Of a stretch of 64,000 nucleotides of DNA, positions 53,240 to 64,000 are shown piece after piece. Origin of the DNA: Lytechinus pictus (lineage: Eukaryota); NCBI RefSeq assembly GCF_037042905.1, contig NC_087245.1:19532001-19596000 (forward strand), written 5' to 3'. The position numbers and the translations under genes are program-made. Each line of letters opens with the position of its first letter. The first letter of the stretch is position 1. The notes beneath the pieces were generated by a model, which was not told the DNA's origin, did not search any database, and saw only the letters and a list, made by a program, of their open reading frames with translations.

Positions 53240-53608
53240 CTACAATAAAAGAACAAGAGGAAAACATTATAAGACGCTTAAATACTTGCTCGATCCATCA
53301 TCCCACCGCTGCCACAATATCATTAAGGCTTGTTCAGAAATAGAAAAGTGGCATGAGAAATTACTTTGCTGCCAAAAGGCCATGAACCTGTCAAATTTCA
53401 AATAGTTATCAACATAATGTCATGCATTTGTAGGTAAAGCTTTTGACATGTAACTCTTTTATCCGAGAGTTGCAATGCACATTTATTAAAACAAAATGTT
53501 GACTAACTTTTTTTTCCTTGTAATCAATGCAAGTATGATGAGGAAGAACATCATAATATATTCTCCATGAAAATTTAGATTAAATGGGTATTTCATTTCA
53601 AAACTCAC

Positions 53609-53866
53609 CGTCTGCTGGACTTGTGCTGCTGGTGGTTTTGGTTGTTCCACTTTTTGTGTTGCTGGTGGTGGCTGTTGCTTTGGTGGTTCTGCTTTATGTG
53701 CTGCTGGTGGTGGTTGCTTTTGTTGCACTTGTGGTTTTGGTTGTGCTGGTTCTTGTTGCACCTGTTGTTTGGGTTGTTGCTGAACCTGAGGTTGAGGTTG
53801 AGGTGGTGGGATCTTAACCTCTGCCTCAGGTTTCTTAACCTCTGCTTGAGGTGCTGGTGGTTTCAC
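53609..53866 (-). CDS. TTN: Exon, Gln/Pro/Lys-rich linker
   Basis: ttttag|GTG AAA...ACG|gtgagt, phase 0-0, 258 nt. Confidence 0.88.
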
Positions 53867-54390
53867 CTAAAATAAAAATATGAAACAATGACCACAATAA
53901 AAGTGATGACATACAAAATTGGAAAGAACAGTAAGAACAGTTAAATGGATTAAAGAGAGGTCTATATTCATATACTCTACTACTTTTCATAGCAATATTG
54001 GATGTCTGAAGAGTGCACATATCCACCATCCATGGAGTTTAGGGAGCTTGTACATTGCCCTGGCTTTGCTAGACTACCCACTACAGAGTTCATAGCATCC
54101 TCAGCATTTTTCCAAACAATTCACGGTACACCAAGGTTTCAAGTGGTAACTTCAGACTTAGGTTTTGCCAAAGGATATTAGTGAAGCAGTGGTTTCAAAC
54201 CCCGCCTCTGTCGATAAGTAAATGGACTTATCCATGGATCCATAATACATATTTAATTTTTTTCAATAGAATATTTTACATGATAGTATAATAATAGAAA
54301 TAATAATAATCATATAGAGGAGTACCAAATCAGTACAATTACAGTAGATCATAATGTGGAGGAGCTAGCTGGCAACTTAGAAGATCTTAC

Positions 54391-54542
54391 CTCTGGTTGT
54401 GGCTGTGGTGGTGGTTGTTGGGCTTGGTCTGCTTTCTTCTCTTCTTGTGGTGGTGCTGACTCCTCCTTCTGCTGAGGTTGTTGCTGCAATTGTTGTTCTT
54501 GTGGTGGTGGTTGCGGCTTAACCTCTTCAGTAGGAGCAGTTC
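54391..54542 (-). CDS. TTN: Exon, Gln/Pro-rich linker
   Basis: acag|GA ACT GCT...CCA GAG|gtaaga, phase 1-0; TAPTEEVKPQPPPQEQQLQQQ; not in ORF track. Confidence 0.85.
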
Positions 54543-57410
54543 CTGTTTGTCAAATACAAAGGAAGGGCTTCGTCAAATCAACAAATCGACAACAATGCAT
54601 GCAACATCAACCATGGAATCGTGAATACATGCCTGCGATAGAATATGATCAATTTCCTTCAGTATTTAAAACTCATCCTCATAAAATATGACCCACTGTC
54701 TACTGAATTGTGTGATTCCAAAAGACCTTGCAGCGGGACCAACTAATTACAGTACCGAAACAGGTAAATTCTTAGTCCTTGTGCTTTTCTTTTTTAACTA
54801 AGCCAAACATCTTTGTTCTTCAAAGAATCAACAAAGCTAAGAAAGATAAACATGTTGATGTAAATGCAACATTTATCCAAATATATTTTATGCCTCACAA
54901 GTCAAATTATCAATTAATGAGTTGTTAAAGACAGAAGGAAATTGGTCCATTCTCCATTTATGAGTCTCTGAAAATGTTTTGTTCAATGCAATGGCATGTT
55001 CATGAAGTAAGAATATCTCAAATTCACATATGGCTATGTGTGTTCATGGAAAATCCAGCATGTTCAATGACTCTGAAATGTAAATTAATGAGCATTCATT
55101 AATGTATACATGATATTGAAAGGGAAGGAAAGGGAAAAAAATCATGTATTAGCATGTATGGTTCAAGACCATGTGGAAAACTGAAATGATGGCCTTATAA
55201 ATCGACATTAACCTTCAATTTCTTATATACACTTTAAAAATGTCCTGTATAAATGCACTTATGAACGTCAATACAACTGTTTATACATATTATGACAGAT
55301 GTGTGCAGTAATAGAATATATTACTAATTAACACAATTACTTAATATAAAGAATTAACTACACAGTACACATTATTATTTTCATATGAACTATATGCAGA
55401 AATAAAAGACATGAACCACTTTTTTGCAAAAGGATGAATTGTGGATAACATTTAAAAGCTCATTTGATACTTCAATGGTTATCTATTTAATGATGTACTA
55501 CTCCATATTCTATAAACCTGCTCACACACAAAGAATTTACTTCTAATTTACACTGTGAAATGATTAAATCAACTTAACACAGCCTAATTTAATAATAATA
55601 AATCCATTCTATTTTTTATAGTAAGGTTGGAAGTTTCTCTCATTAAAAAAAAAATTACAGTGGGATCTTTTTACATGCTCTTTTCTGTTCAAATATGCAA
55701 ATAAAACTACATTATCTATTGAGTATTAGACTAAAGTTGTAAATATTAAACAGTCAAAATACGTTTTGTTAGACTAATTCTAAATAATACACTGTATTTA
55801 CATAACCACTCTACCTTTTCATAAAGCATAACCATGCACTATCCTTTAACATACTTTGGAAACATCCACTATCATCAAACACATTGTCAAGCACCTTATC
55901 TTCATATTATAACCAATTAAAAAAAATCATCATCGACAGATATTTAAAACCTATTTGTTGTTTTATTTCTAGATTTGTGGTAAATTGCATTTTTTAATTT
56001 TAGTAGATTTGTATCCTTCCAAATTTGGAAAACATTATCCATCAATCCCTCTACTCTTCATTTTGGGCTGTTTTGGTTTGGAGAAATAGGAATTACACAT
56101 CTTGATTACAAAACATAAAAGTGGAATAAAAAGAATAGAAGTGAGACCAAGGATAACTTTTTTTTCTCCAAAACATGGATAAAATATGTGATAAAAATGA
56201 CAGAAGACATTGTAAAGATAGGAATTTATAGTAAGATACTCTAACTAGTGCAACAAATAAATTAAGTCTGATATTTTCTTTACACCAATAAAATGTCCAT
56301 CAGCATTTTAAAAAAATACCACTTTACACAAGCATAAATAGAATTTTATAACGATATGATTCAACCATTTCACAGATTCATATTTACAGGATCTAATGCA
56401 GTCTGCATCAATGTCTTTTTTTTGCATCTTCAAATAAAAGGGAGTCATAATATTGGTGCTAAATTTGTCAGAAAAAGTTTCAATCATTTTTAATTGATTA
56501 TACATTATAATAACAATTGTTTCATTCTCTCTGGAGCAAATTCTTAATCACAAAAGTAATGACTCATTTTCATGAAGCTTAAAAGCACTGTGATGCTGGC
56601 ATGTTCTGACAGATATGAAACCTGTGAGAAATTGATAAAGAAGAAAATATTGTCAATGCTGAAAACTTTCATGAAAAGGCGCCTATGTTACATTCATCGA
56701 AACCTTAATTCCAAGTGTTTCCGATCCTGATTTTATATTTCTTTGGCAATTTCAACTAAGAGCGTTATTTATAGCAATAACATATCTGTAAAACAAGTGA
56801 ATGCTGGTTTAGTGACTTTGCAAATAACTTTCAAAATTTTTTTTTTTTCCTTGAAAAAATGCACAGAGAATGCTGAAGCCAACAGTCAATGTCTGTATGA
56901 ATGATATACTCACATAGATATACATATCATCAGCATATATATATCTGAGATTCTAATGTTTACTCTACTTTTTACATACAAGTTTTGCTTTATGCATCAT
57001 GGGCAGAAAATTTGTTCAAAGGTGTCAGTCAGTCTTACCATTAATTTGAAAATGTAATTTGTGAATTCAAATATACTTTGGAATCATCTAAAAATATTTT
57101 TTCAAAGTACAGGCCTACAATCAAAATAGAACATAACATCAAGTTAGATTTTGAAAATATAGTACAGCATATCACCCTGACACCTACAGTCTTCTGTCTT
57201 TAACAGAGTCAATTCGCACAATTCATGGCTAATTGACTGACACCTATGATGGTGGTTGTTTAACATGGAGCGACGTGCACATGGACTAAACATGACAAAC
57301 TATGTACATATTGAACTCGTAAGGGAGGGAAGAGATGCAGTCAGGTTGAAATGGTGGTGGTGCAGGCTGCGACGGCGTATGAGTACCGACGGGGTGCGTA
57401 CCAGACTTAC

Positions 57411-57698
57411 TCCTGATCTTCAAAATGGTCTGTGACGTGGAGATTCCGGCCGCGTTCTCGGCTCGGACGGTGTACTCGCCAGCGTCCTCGTCAAAAACCT
57501 CCGGAATCACAAGGATGTACCTGTCACCCTCGTCCGAGATCTGGATATCGATGGAGTTCTCCAGTTTGTCACCGTTCTGGAACCATTTCACGTCCGGTTT
57601 GGGGGTGCCGGTGATCTTGACCTCAAACCGAACGGAATCACCTTCGGTCTTTTCTTGACCTTGGAGACCCTGGATAATTTCTGGTGGCTTAGAATCAC
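57411..57698 (-). CDS. TTN: Exon, Ig2
   Basis: tttacag|...AGG A|gtaagt, 288 nt; KPPEIIQGL...DEDAGEYTVRAENAAG. Confidence 0.92.
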
Positions 57699-58473
57699 CT
57701 GTAAATGCAATCCCCACACCTGGTTATATATCACTCTTACAAAATGTAGAAGCTTAAAAAGAGGTCATCAGCCCCAGTACACACATATATACCACAACAT
57801 GACTTGACATGTATTCATGAAAGATTACAAACATAAGAACCAACAAAACTCATAAACGGAGGTAAAGGAAGAATGATAGACTTAAGTTCTCATATTCTGA
57901 ACATTTCTAAGATATGTCATTCTTCTCTCAAATGCCGTCCTCTTACAAAAAGAGTGAAAAATGTGCAAATCATCACTTAACATTTGACAATTAAAATGTA
58001 AATAAGTTTTAAGTTAGGACAAATATCGAGCGTCTTATAAAAGGGGAGAAAGATAGATAAGATAGAGGAATACTCACGCCTTCTAAAACTATCATCTCAG
58101 CAAAATGGGGAGAAAACACATTCCATAAATACATATACACAAAATACAAGGTGTTTCAAAGGGAAGGAAGAAGGCCAAACTATCTACAAATTTCTTTCTT
58201 TGATCAATTTAAATATGATTCCCTTATTTCCTTTCTTAAGGTATTGTCTGCAACTAATAATCTATACCCAATATAATATGAAATTCTATGTCAGTGCTTG
58301 CTCTAAATGTCTCTTGGTAGAATTGCATTAAGTTCATAGAAATTTGGGTGATTTCATTTAAATGAAATACTGACTTTGTTGAATTGCAAACACCATTTCC
58401 AAATCACTAGAAGATAGATTCTTTCACGATTGAAACTAATGGTCTGAAGTAAACTTCATCATCATGAACGTAC

Positions 58474-58671
58474 CTTGGATCTGCAATGTGGCGGAACACA
58501 TTGCATTTCCGCACTTATTTTCTGCAGTGCACTTGTACTGTCCATCGTCCTTTGCGGAGGCCTTGCTGACCTTCAGCATACACTTGCCCTTCGCAAAAGA
58601 GATGTTGTACTTTGGCGAACTCTTCAATTCCTTGTCATCTTTGAACCATTTGACGGTGGGCTCAGGTTGAC
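58474..58671 (-). CDS. TTN: Exon, second half of Ig1
   Basis: cag|GT CAA CCT...CAA G|gtacgt, phase 1-1; QPEPTVKWFKDDKE...DDGQYKCTAENKCG. Confidence 0.9.
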
Positions 58672-60047
58672 CTGAGGGAGTTGATTAGGATTAGGATGGG
58701 GACAAGGAGGGTTAGGATTAAGATTAAGGTGTTGGGTCTACTCTAATCGTTAACAGTAGAAGCATAATATTGAAGGAAATTGCTGAATATCTGTAGCAAT
58801 ACAGCATTCTACAATAGATATCATGCGCATTGATTATTATATTACAATAAAGACTATGATTCCTTTGTGAATGAAAAATAAAAGAATTCAAATTTATAAT
58901 TCCCAATTTGTGATACGTTCACTTTCTGGAGAGTTGATCAAAGATATATAAAGTTGAGTGTAATTCACATTAAATGTTTCAAAATTGCCCCTATAAAGCA
59001 AAAGTACCTACCAAATTTGCAATTGGTTTAAAGTAAAAAGTACTTTGACTGAACAAAAAGGGGAAAATAGTGCCCCAGTACATGAAAGTTTACTTCTTAC
59101 CAAGTATAGGATATGATTTCCTAGATATTTTAATTTCCACATCAAATTTTGACATATTCTCCTAGTATCAATAGTACTGCAAAGTTCCTTCTATATTTTG
59201 CTTATACCAAGGTCACTGTCTACAAAATATAAACAATATTAGCTTACAGGAACAGGAGGATTGTACACATAAAATGTTTTCTTTATGAAAAAATAAGGGT
59301 GGAATATTTCTTTCACATAATCCATTAGACACTATCAAACAAACTTAAATTGAGCTACCAAAGAAATATTGGATGAAACAGCTTCTATGATTATATCGTT
59401 GCAATATAGAAGCACACTACTGAAGCCAAGGTCAAAATTGAATAATATATCTAGCGTTGGCGGGTCTAAAACTGCAAATCTCAATAGATATTATTGCTTC
59501 ACTCATTAATATAAAATGTACAGGCTCACTAAATTCAAAAGACAGGAATAGTGTATTTTTTCAGATTACACTAATGGAAACATACTTATTAAACATTAAA
59601 TACAAATATGAACAAATTAGCATTTCACAAAGGAAAGGGTAAGGATTATATGGGTTTATTTCATATTTTCGAGGATCATGAGGAGTTGTACAGCAAAGGG
59701 TTGAAGTTTAACAATTTATTGTTGGACAAGAGGATAACCTTCTAATAAGAATTACACATAAATTATCAAGGAAGACAAAACAAGTATCGTGCCAATTTGC
59801 CAAAGAGATCTTGGCAAATTTACACAAAGATTTGTAATCTATTGCAAAATGATCATGATCTGTTAAATATTTATATTCTTGATCAACAAATCAAATTATT
59901 ATTTGAAGTTATAATTGATTACAAAGTAAAGGACCCTTTCATTAAAGGATCATATTTTTCATAATTATTTATCTTATCTTGTTTTAAATGTTCTTCAGGA
60001 TTTCTCCTTAACTTAAATCATAATTATACTCATATTTTTTAACTCAC

Positions 60048-60208
60048 CCTTAAGCTCCGCCTGTAGAGTAGCAGCCTGGCCCTCCTTGACAGAGACGCTT
60101 TTGAGCGGTTGAGTAAACTTTGGCGCCTCCTCTTGCCCAATGCGCCCCCGGCTCATGGCCGTGGAGCTATAAACTACACGAGTGGTGGTGGTGGTAGTTG
60201 TTTCAATG
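60048..60208 (-). CDS. TTN: Exon with probable start codon (ATG 60156-60154) and first half of Ig1
   Basis: Acceptor tttttccatgttcag, donor G|gtgagt. gccATG context. MSRGRIGQEEAPKFTQPLKSVSVKEGQAATLQAELKG resembles the titin N-terminus (MTTQAPTFTQPLQSVVVLEG). The frame is also open upstream of the ATG, so a more 5' start cannot be excluded. Confidence 0.8.
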
Positions 60209-61779
60209 CTGAACATGGAAAAAGAAAAAAGAAAATACTTTGTTCATTCATAAATTTGAAGATTTTTCTTTCATGACAATTGGTATCAAAATATAATTTA
60301 CACCCATAGTTGCCCCAATATGAGCAAAGAATTAAAAAAAATTATGTTAACACTAATGAGCAAATTTTCTACAAGATATTGATTAAATTCATGACACATG
60401 ATATTAATTCAGGTGTAAAAAAAGATATGTTTTTGCTGAATATTACAGTGCCAACAAGGGTTTACATTCTTCATGCAGTTTATCTTGTTCTTCTTACATA
60501 TATACATGTATGCTTGTTAATATTTTGTGACAAGTATTCAGGGTTTGTATAGAATATAATGTATACATAAGTATATGTGACTTTGTTTATACCTACCATC
60601 TAAAATCAATATCAAAGGTCCCAAACAAAATTTGAACATAATAATATTGTTCATTTGTAAGCTTTCAAAATGGCTAAGAATGATTCATTCCAACAAAAAT
60701 GAAAGATGATCAAATGAATCTTTCGTACTCTGTGTTTTATCAACAAAGTTATTATATTATACATATTTTTGTCTACAGTAAAATTAGTATATACCACAAT
60801 ATATCATCCAAACATATAAATATCTAATAGGAATTTATTCCAAAATAATACTTTGCAGAAACTGAAGAGAATTTCCAGTAACAAATAAATTTTAGACAAT
60901 GACTACAAAGAAAAGTAGAGAACATTTGAGTCTAGCCATAATTGGCAACTACACACTGTAAGTTCTGGCTTGTAAACTCCTCAAGAATTTTGTTTGTCAG
61001 AGACCACAGGAATTCCTGTGAATTACGCACTCACAGAACATCTGAATGAGAGCTTTTGGTTTGTGAGTGTATACTGCAAGATGCCAACAAGCCTTGAGAG
61101 ACGGGTGCACAGCAGAGGGCCAATTATGGCCATGTTTATGGTATAAAAGGTGGATTGCTTGAAGGGTCAATGGCCATCTATAATGTGATTTTTTACATGG
61201 TTAAAAATAGACTGCCATGTCAGACAAGCAGAATTACATCTATGGTACATTAGGGATATTACGATTTATAGACATAGATGTACGTAGGCGAATCACAGAA
61301 TACTGCGCATTTTTAGGGGAAGACCTGCATTCTCCTTGCACTGCAATTCAAATTAGTAGCATAAATGCCTAACAAAGAATGTACCATAACTAATTCCAAA
61401 AAAAGTGATAGACAGTTGAGCTCTTTACAGTATGACAACTTACAATAAAAGCAACAGTCTACTATTGTAGTAAATGCTAAAACATAAGAAAGGATATATA
61501 TCAAAGAATTTTAAACTAACATACAGTATATTAAAATATATTAAAACTCTCATTTATGCACATGCAATCATTGATTCCAATTAGTATGCAAAATGAGGAA
61601 CAAGAGAAGTACAATAATATGTTGTTTGAGCACTCTGGATATGAGCACTTAATAACAGCATTATTCATATAATAATCATTATCATTAAATACATGTAATA
61701 TCATTACTATAATTTATCATCATCATCATTATTATTATTACCACTAATACTGCATACACAAAAATGGGACAAAAACCCG

Positions 61780-61949
61780 GTGGATGTTTCATAAAGCTGT
61801 TCGTAAAGTTACGAATGACTTTACGTACAACTGGAATATATTCTTAGGTCATAAATCAATTACATACGGATAACACATAGCACAAGAAAGGATCACCAGT
61901 CGTGCATAAAGTCATTCGTATCTTAAGAACAGCTTTATGAAACACCCAC
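61780..61949. mobile_element. MITE / foldback element
   Basis: About 55-bp TIRs gtggatgtttcataaagctgttc... / ...gaacagctttatgaaacacccac, flanked by ccg/ctg. Confidence 0.75.
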
Positions 61950-64000
61950 CTGGTCCATATTTCAAGTGAGAGATTGACATGCACCAATAATTTGGTAGTC
62001 AATCACATTATCTTACTTTAAAAGCATTAGCCTAAGATTGTACAGTTCAATTTTTAAAATGCTTGTTTACTATCTACTCTAGATTTTGACATAAATTCAT
62101 GCATACATTGCTTTTTGCTTCATTTTGGAAGAAAATGGAGTAGATATATTAACGTTGATTTTTTTCTAAGGTTAATGAATTAAGTGTCATTCTAATTTCA
62201 TTATTGCCTATAACTCTGTTTATCTCTTTTTTCATTTGATTTATTGCACATGTTGCGTGTGTATCTATTTTGTAAATACAATGTATCATCATTATTTCAT
62301 ACATGAATTCAGAGAAAATGTAAATAAAAAGAATCAAATGATCAAAGGAAAAATGTAGTACATATGGTTCAGTTTGGGGTGTAGGGACAGCGATTCATAT
62401 TGCATAAAATTCAGGCAATACTGCAAACAAAATAAATACAAATGAAAAACTTTTTTATCCTTTATTGTGGTAAATAAAGTTTGGAGAAAATAGAGTGATG
62501 ATTTAGCTGCAGTAATAAAGGCGTAGCCTGTGTGGAGGGGTAGACTGATTAATAGATATGTAGACTGAGACAACAACTCAAATTGAATAATTGGTTTAAA
62601 AAACAGCTTCATATTTCATTGCGCAAAAACATTTTTATTTATGACATCACTAGAGCCTCCACACATCATCGCTGGGTGTGTGATGACGTTAACGGCTTGA
62701 TAGACCCACTCCTGACGTTCATCACCACAGCAGAGCTCATACTTGGCATTTGCTTTGTCACAGAGAAAGTATGTCCGACAGCAGAGTTATGCAGACGTCC
62801 GCAGAGATAACAGAGATTAATTATTGTGACACAAGATGAAGCGATATCGAAGGTTGTGAAAGGGCTTACCTCACAAACAGTAATTTCAAGAAAAGTAATG
62901 CTATGCAATTTCCTGCAAGGCTTATTGTTCTACTCAGAATTCAATTGAGGCTCTCTGGTAGCAAATAAAGTTTTCCTTTTTGAGATGTGACAATGTTTTA
63001 TTTTGCTTGAAAGGCAATAGGTTGTGCTTTCAGAATCTGCAGGATTTTGGTGATAATGGATTTGATTTGATATTCCAAAATTAGAGAAATCATAAAATAA
63101 TAGCGTTACATGTATACTACTAATATCTCGAAAGAGCCAAAAAAGATAGATTATGTCCTTGAGTACTTCAACCCAATAAGGCCAGAATGCAAAATATTAT
63201 TCAATGAATTCCACATTCTAGAATTATTCATGCAGACATTAAGCTGATAACTTGGAGACGAACACTGGTGTCATTTTTTTTTACAGTACGATGCTATTTG
63301 GGAATATCTTTTCTTCAGTAATTATATATTTTAAACGATTCAGATAAAAGACAAGAGCTGAATAAAACTTTAAGAGATAAGATGATATAGATCTTAAATC
63401 AATAGAGATTGAATATACAGGGTTAACAATTCAATCAGTTAATTCACAAGGAAAACTGTACATTCCATGGAAAATCAATATAGAACTAAGGGTAAATTAA
63501 ATGTAAGTAAGTTGCAATATCTCAGGAATTTTGCTCCCATCCCCTTTTGCAGATTTCAACAGATAATTGCTGAATCATATACTGAGTATTATAGTAACAG
63601 CCTCAATAAACTTTTTTTTCAAATATGTCATACAATATTCAAAATGTGAGTAGTGACTTTTCATTGTCTCAACAATTTGGGCCACAAGATAAACATACCT
63701 ACATCAAACTCTGATAATTTTACCCAGTATGCCTGCAAGAGCCTTTTATCTTGAATGCCAAAAATACTTGAATGCTATATCACTATAATGAAATCACATA
63801 TTTTGATTACAAATAGGCCTATACTTTCAACAGGAGCATTCCATATCTACATTTGTTTTTAAAAAAATCTTGTGACCTTAAAAGTTATGGTTTCCTACAC
63901 AGTTTATGTGTACTAAACAGTGCTTCTTCATCACTTGTCTTCTCAATGAAAGGTGAAGAAACTTTCATCCCCCTTTTGTGAGCTGAGAGAGAGAGAAGGG

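Larger units (their letters stand above)
1..60208 (-). other. TTN: Titin/connectin-like giant muscle protein gene, 5' portion (continues beyond position 1); 20 I-set Ig domains in window
   Basis: The chain of GT-AG exons has consistent phases throughout. Ig I-set motifs (P-x-F...C/G-x-P-x-P-x-x-x-W...D-x-G-x-Y-x-C-x-A-x-N) recur. N-terminal Ig order and linkers resemble vertebrate titin Z-disc Ig1-9 from memory (e.g. QPAGDPTMRIEW, SLILDTQLPE, WFDGIHYMEI). PEVK-like regions follow. Confidence 0.9.

Noticed and set aside
58078..58095. Donor-like GGC|gtgagt with upstream ATG ATA GTT TTA GAA GGC
   Set aside because: It ends in phase 0 while the next exon needs phase 1, and the possible microexon lengths (5 or 11 nt) are not frame-preserving.

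Overview
This is AT-rich, intron-containing animal genomic DNA. The repeat content and a domain series collinear with vertebrate titin suggest an invertebrate deuterostome such as a sea urchin, but this is inferred and not proven. Almost the whole window is the 5' part of one minus-strand titin/connectin-like gene. I traced 38 GT-AG exons by hand, three of them probable cassettes, with matching intron phases. They run from a probable start (ATG at 60156, MSRGRIGQEEAPKFTQPL) to a giant exon (1..7762) that is still open at the window edge and is missing from the ORF track. The exons encode 20 I-set Ig domains. The first nine resemble vertebrate titin Ig1-Ig9 (from recalled sequences). After them come lineage-specific Ser-rich and PEVK-like regions and a 201-bp (67-aa) coding tandem array with a 1005-bp higher-order period. 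The most notable signals are in introns. (i) A phase-matched alternative terminal exon (17760..17893) encodes a C-terminal transmembrane tail anchor and has its own poly(A) signal. (ii) About 1.5 kb past that poly(A) signal, a CpG-rich candidate alternative first exon ends in ATG-T|GTAAGT, in frame with the next exon. Together these suggest the locus splits into a membrane-anchored N-terminal mini-titin and an internally initiated C-terminal titin. (iii) Three paralogous cassette exons each encode the titin/palladin SxFExRLxxEI/VxxR motif. (iv) A Penelope-like insertion has 130-bp inverted repeats, a 14-bp target-site duplication and a minimal hammerhead ribozyme motif. All exon and isoform calls come from sequence inspection alone and need transcript evidence.
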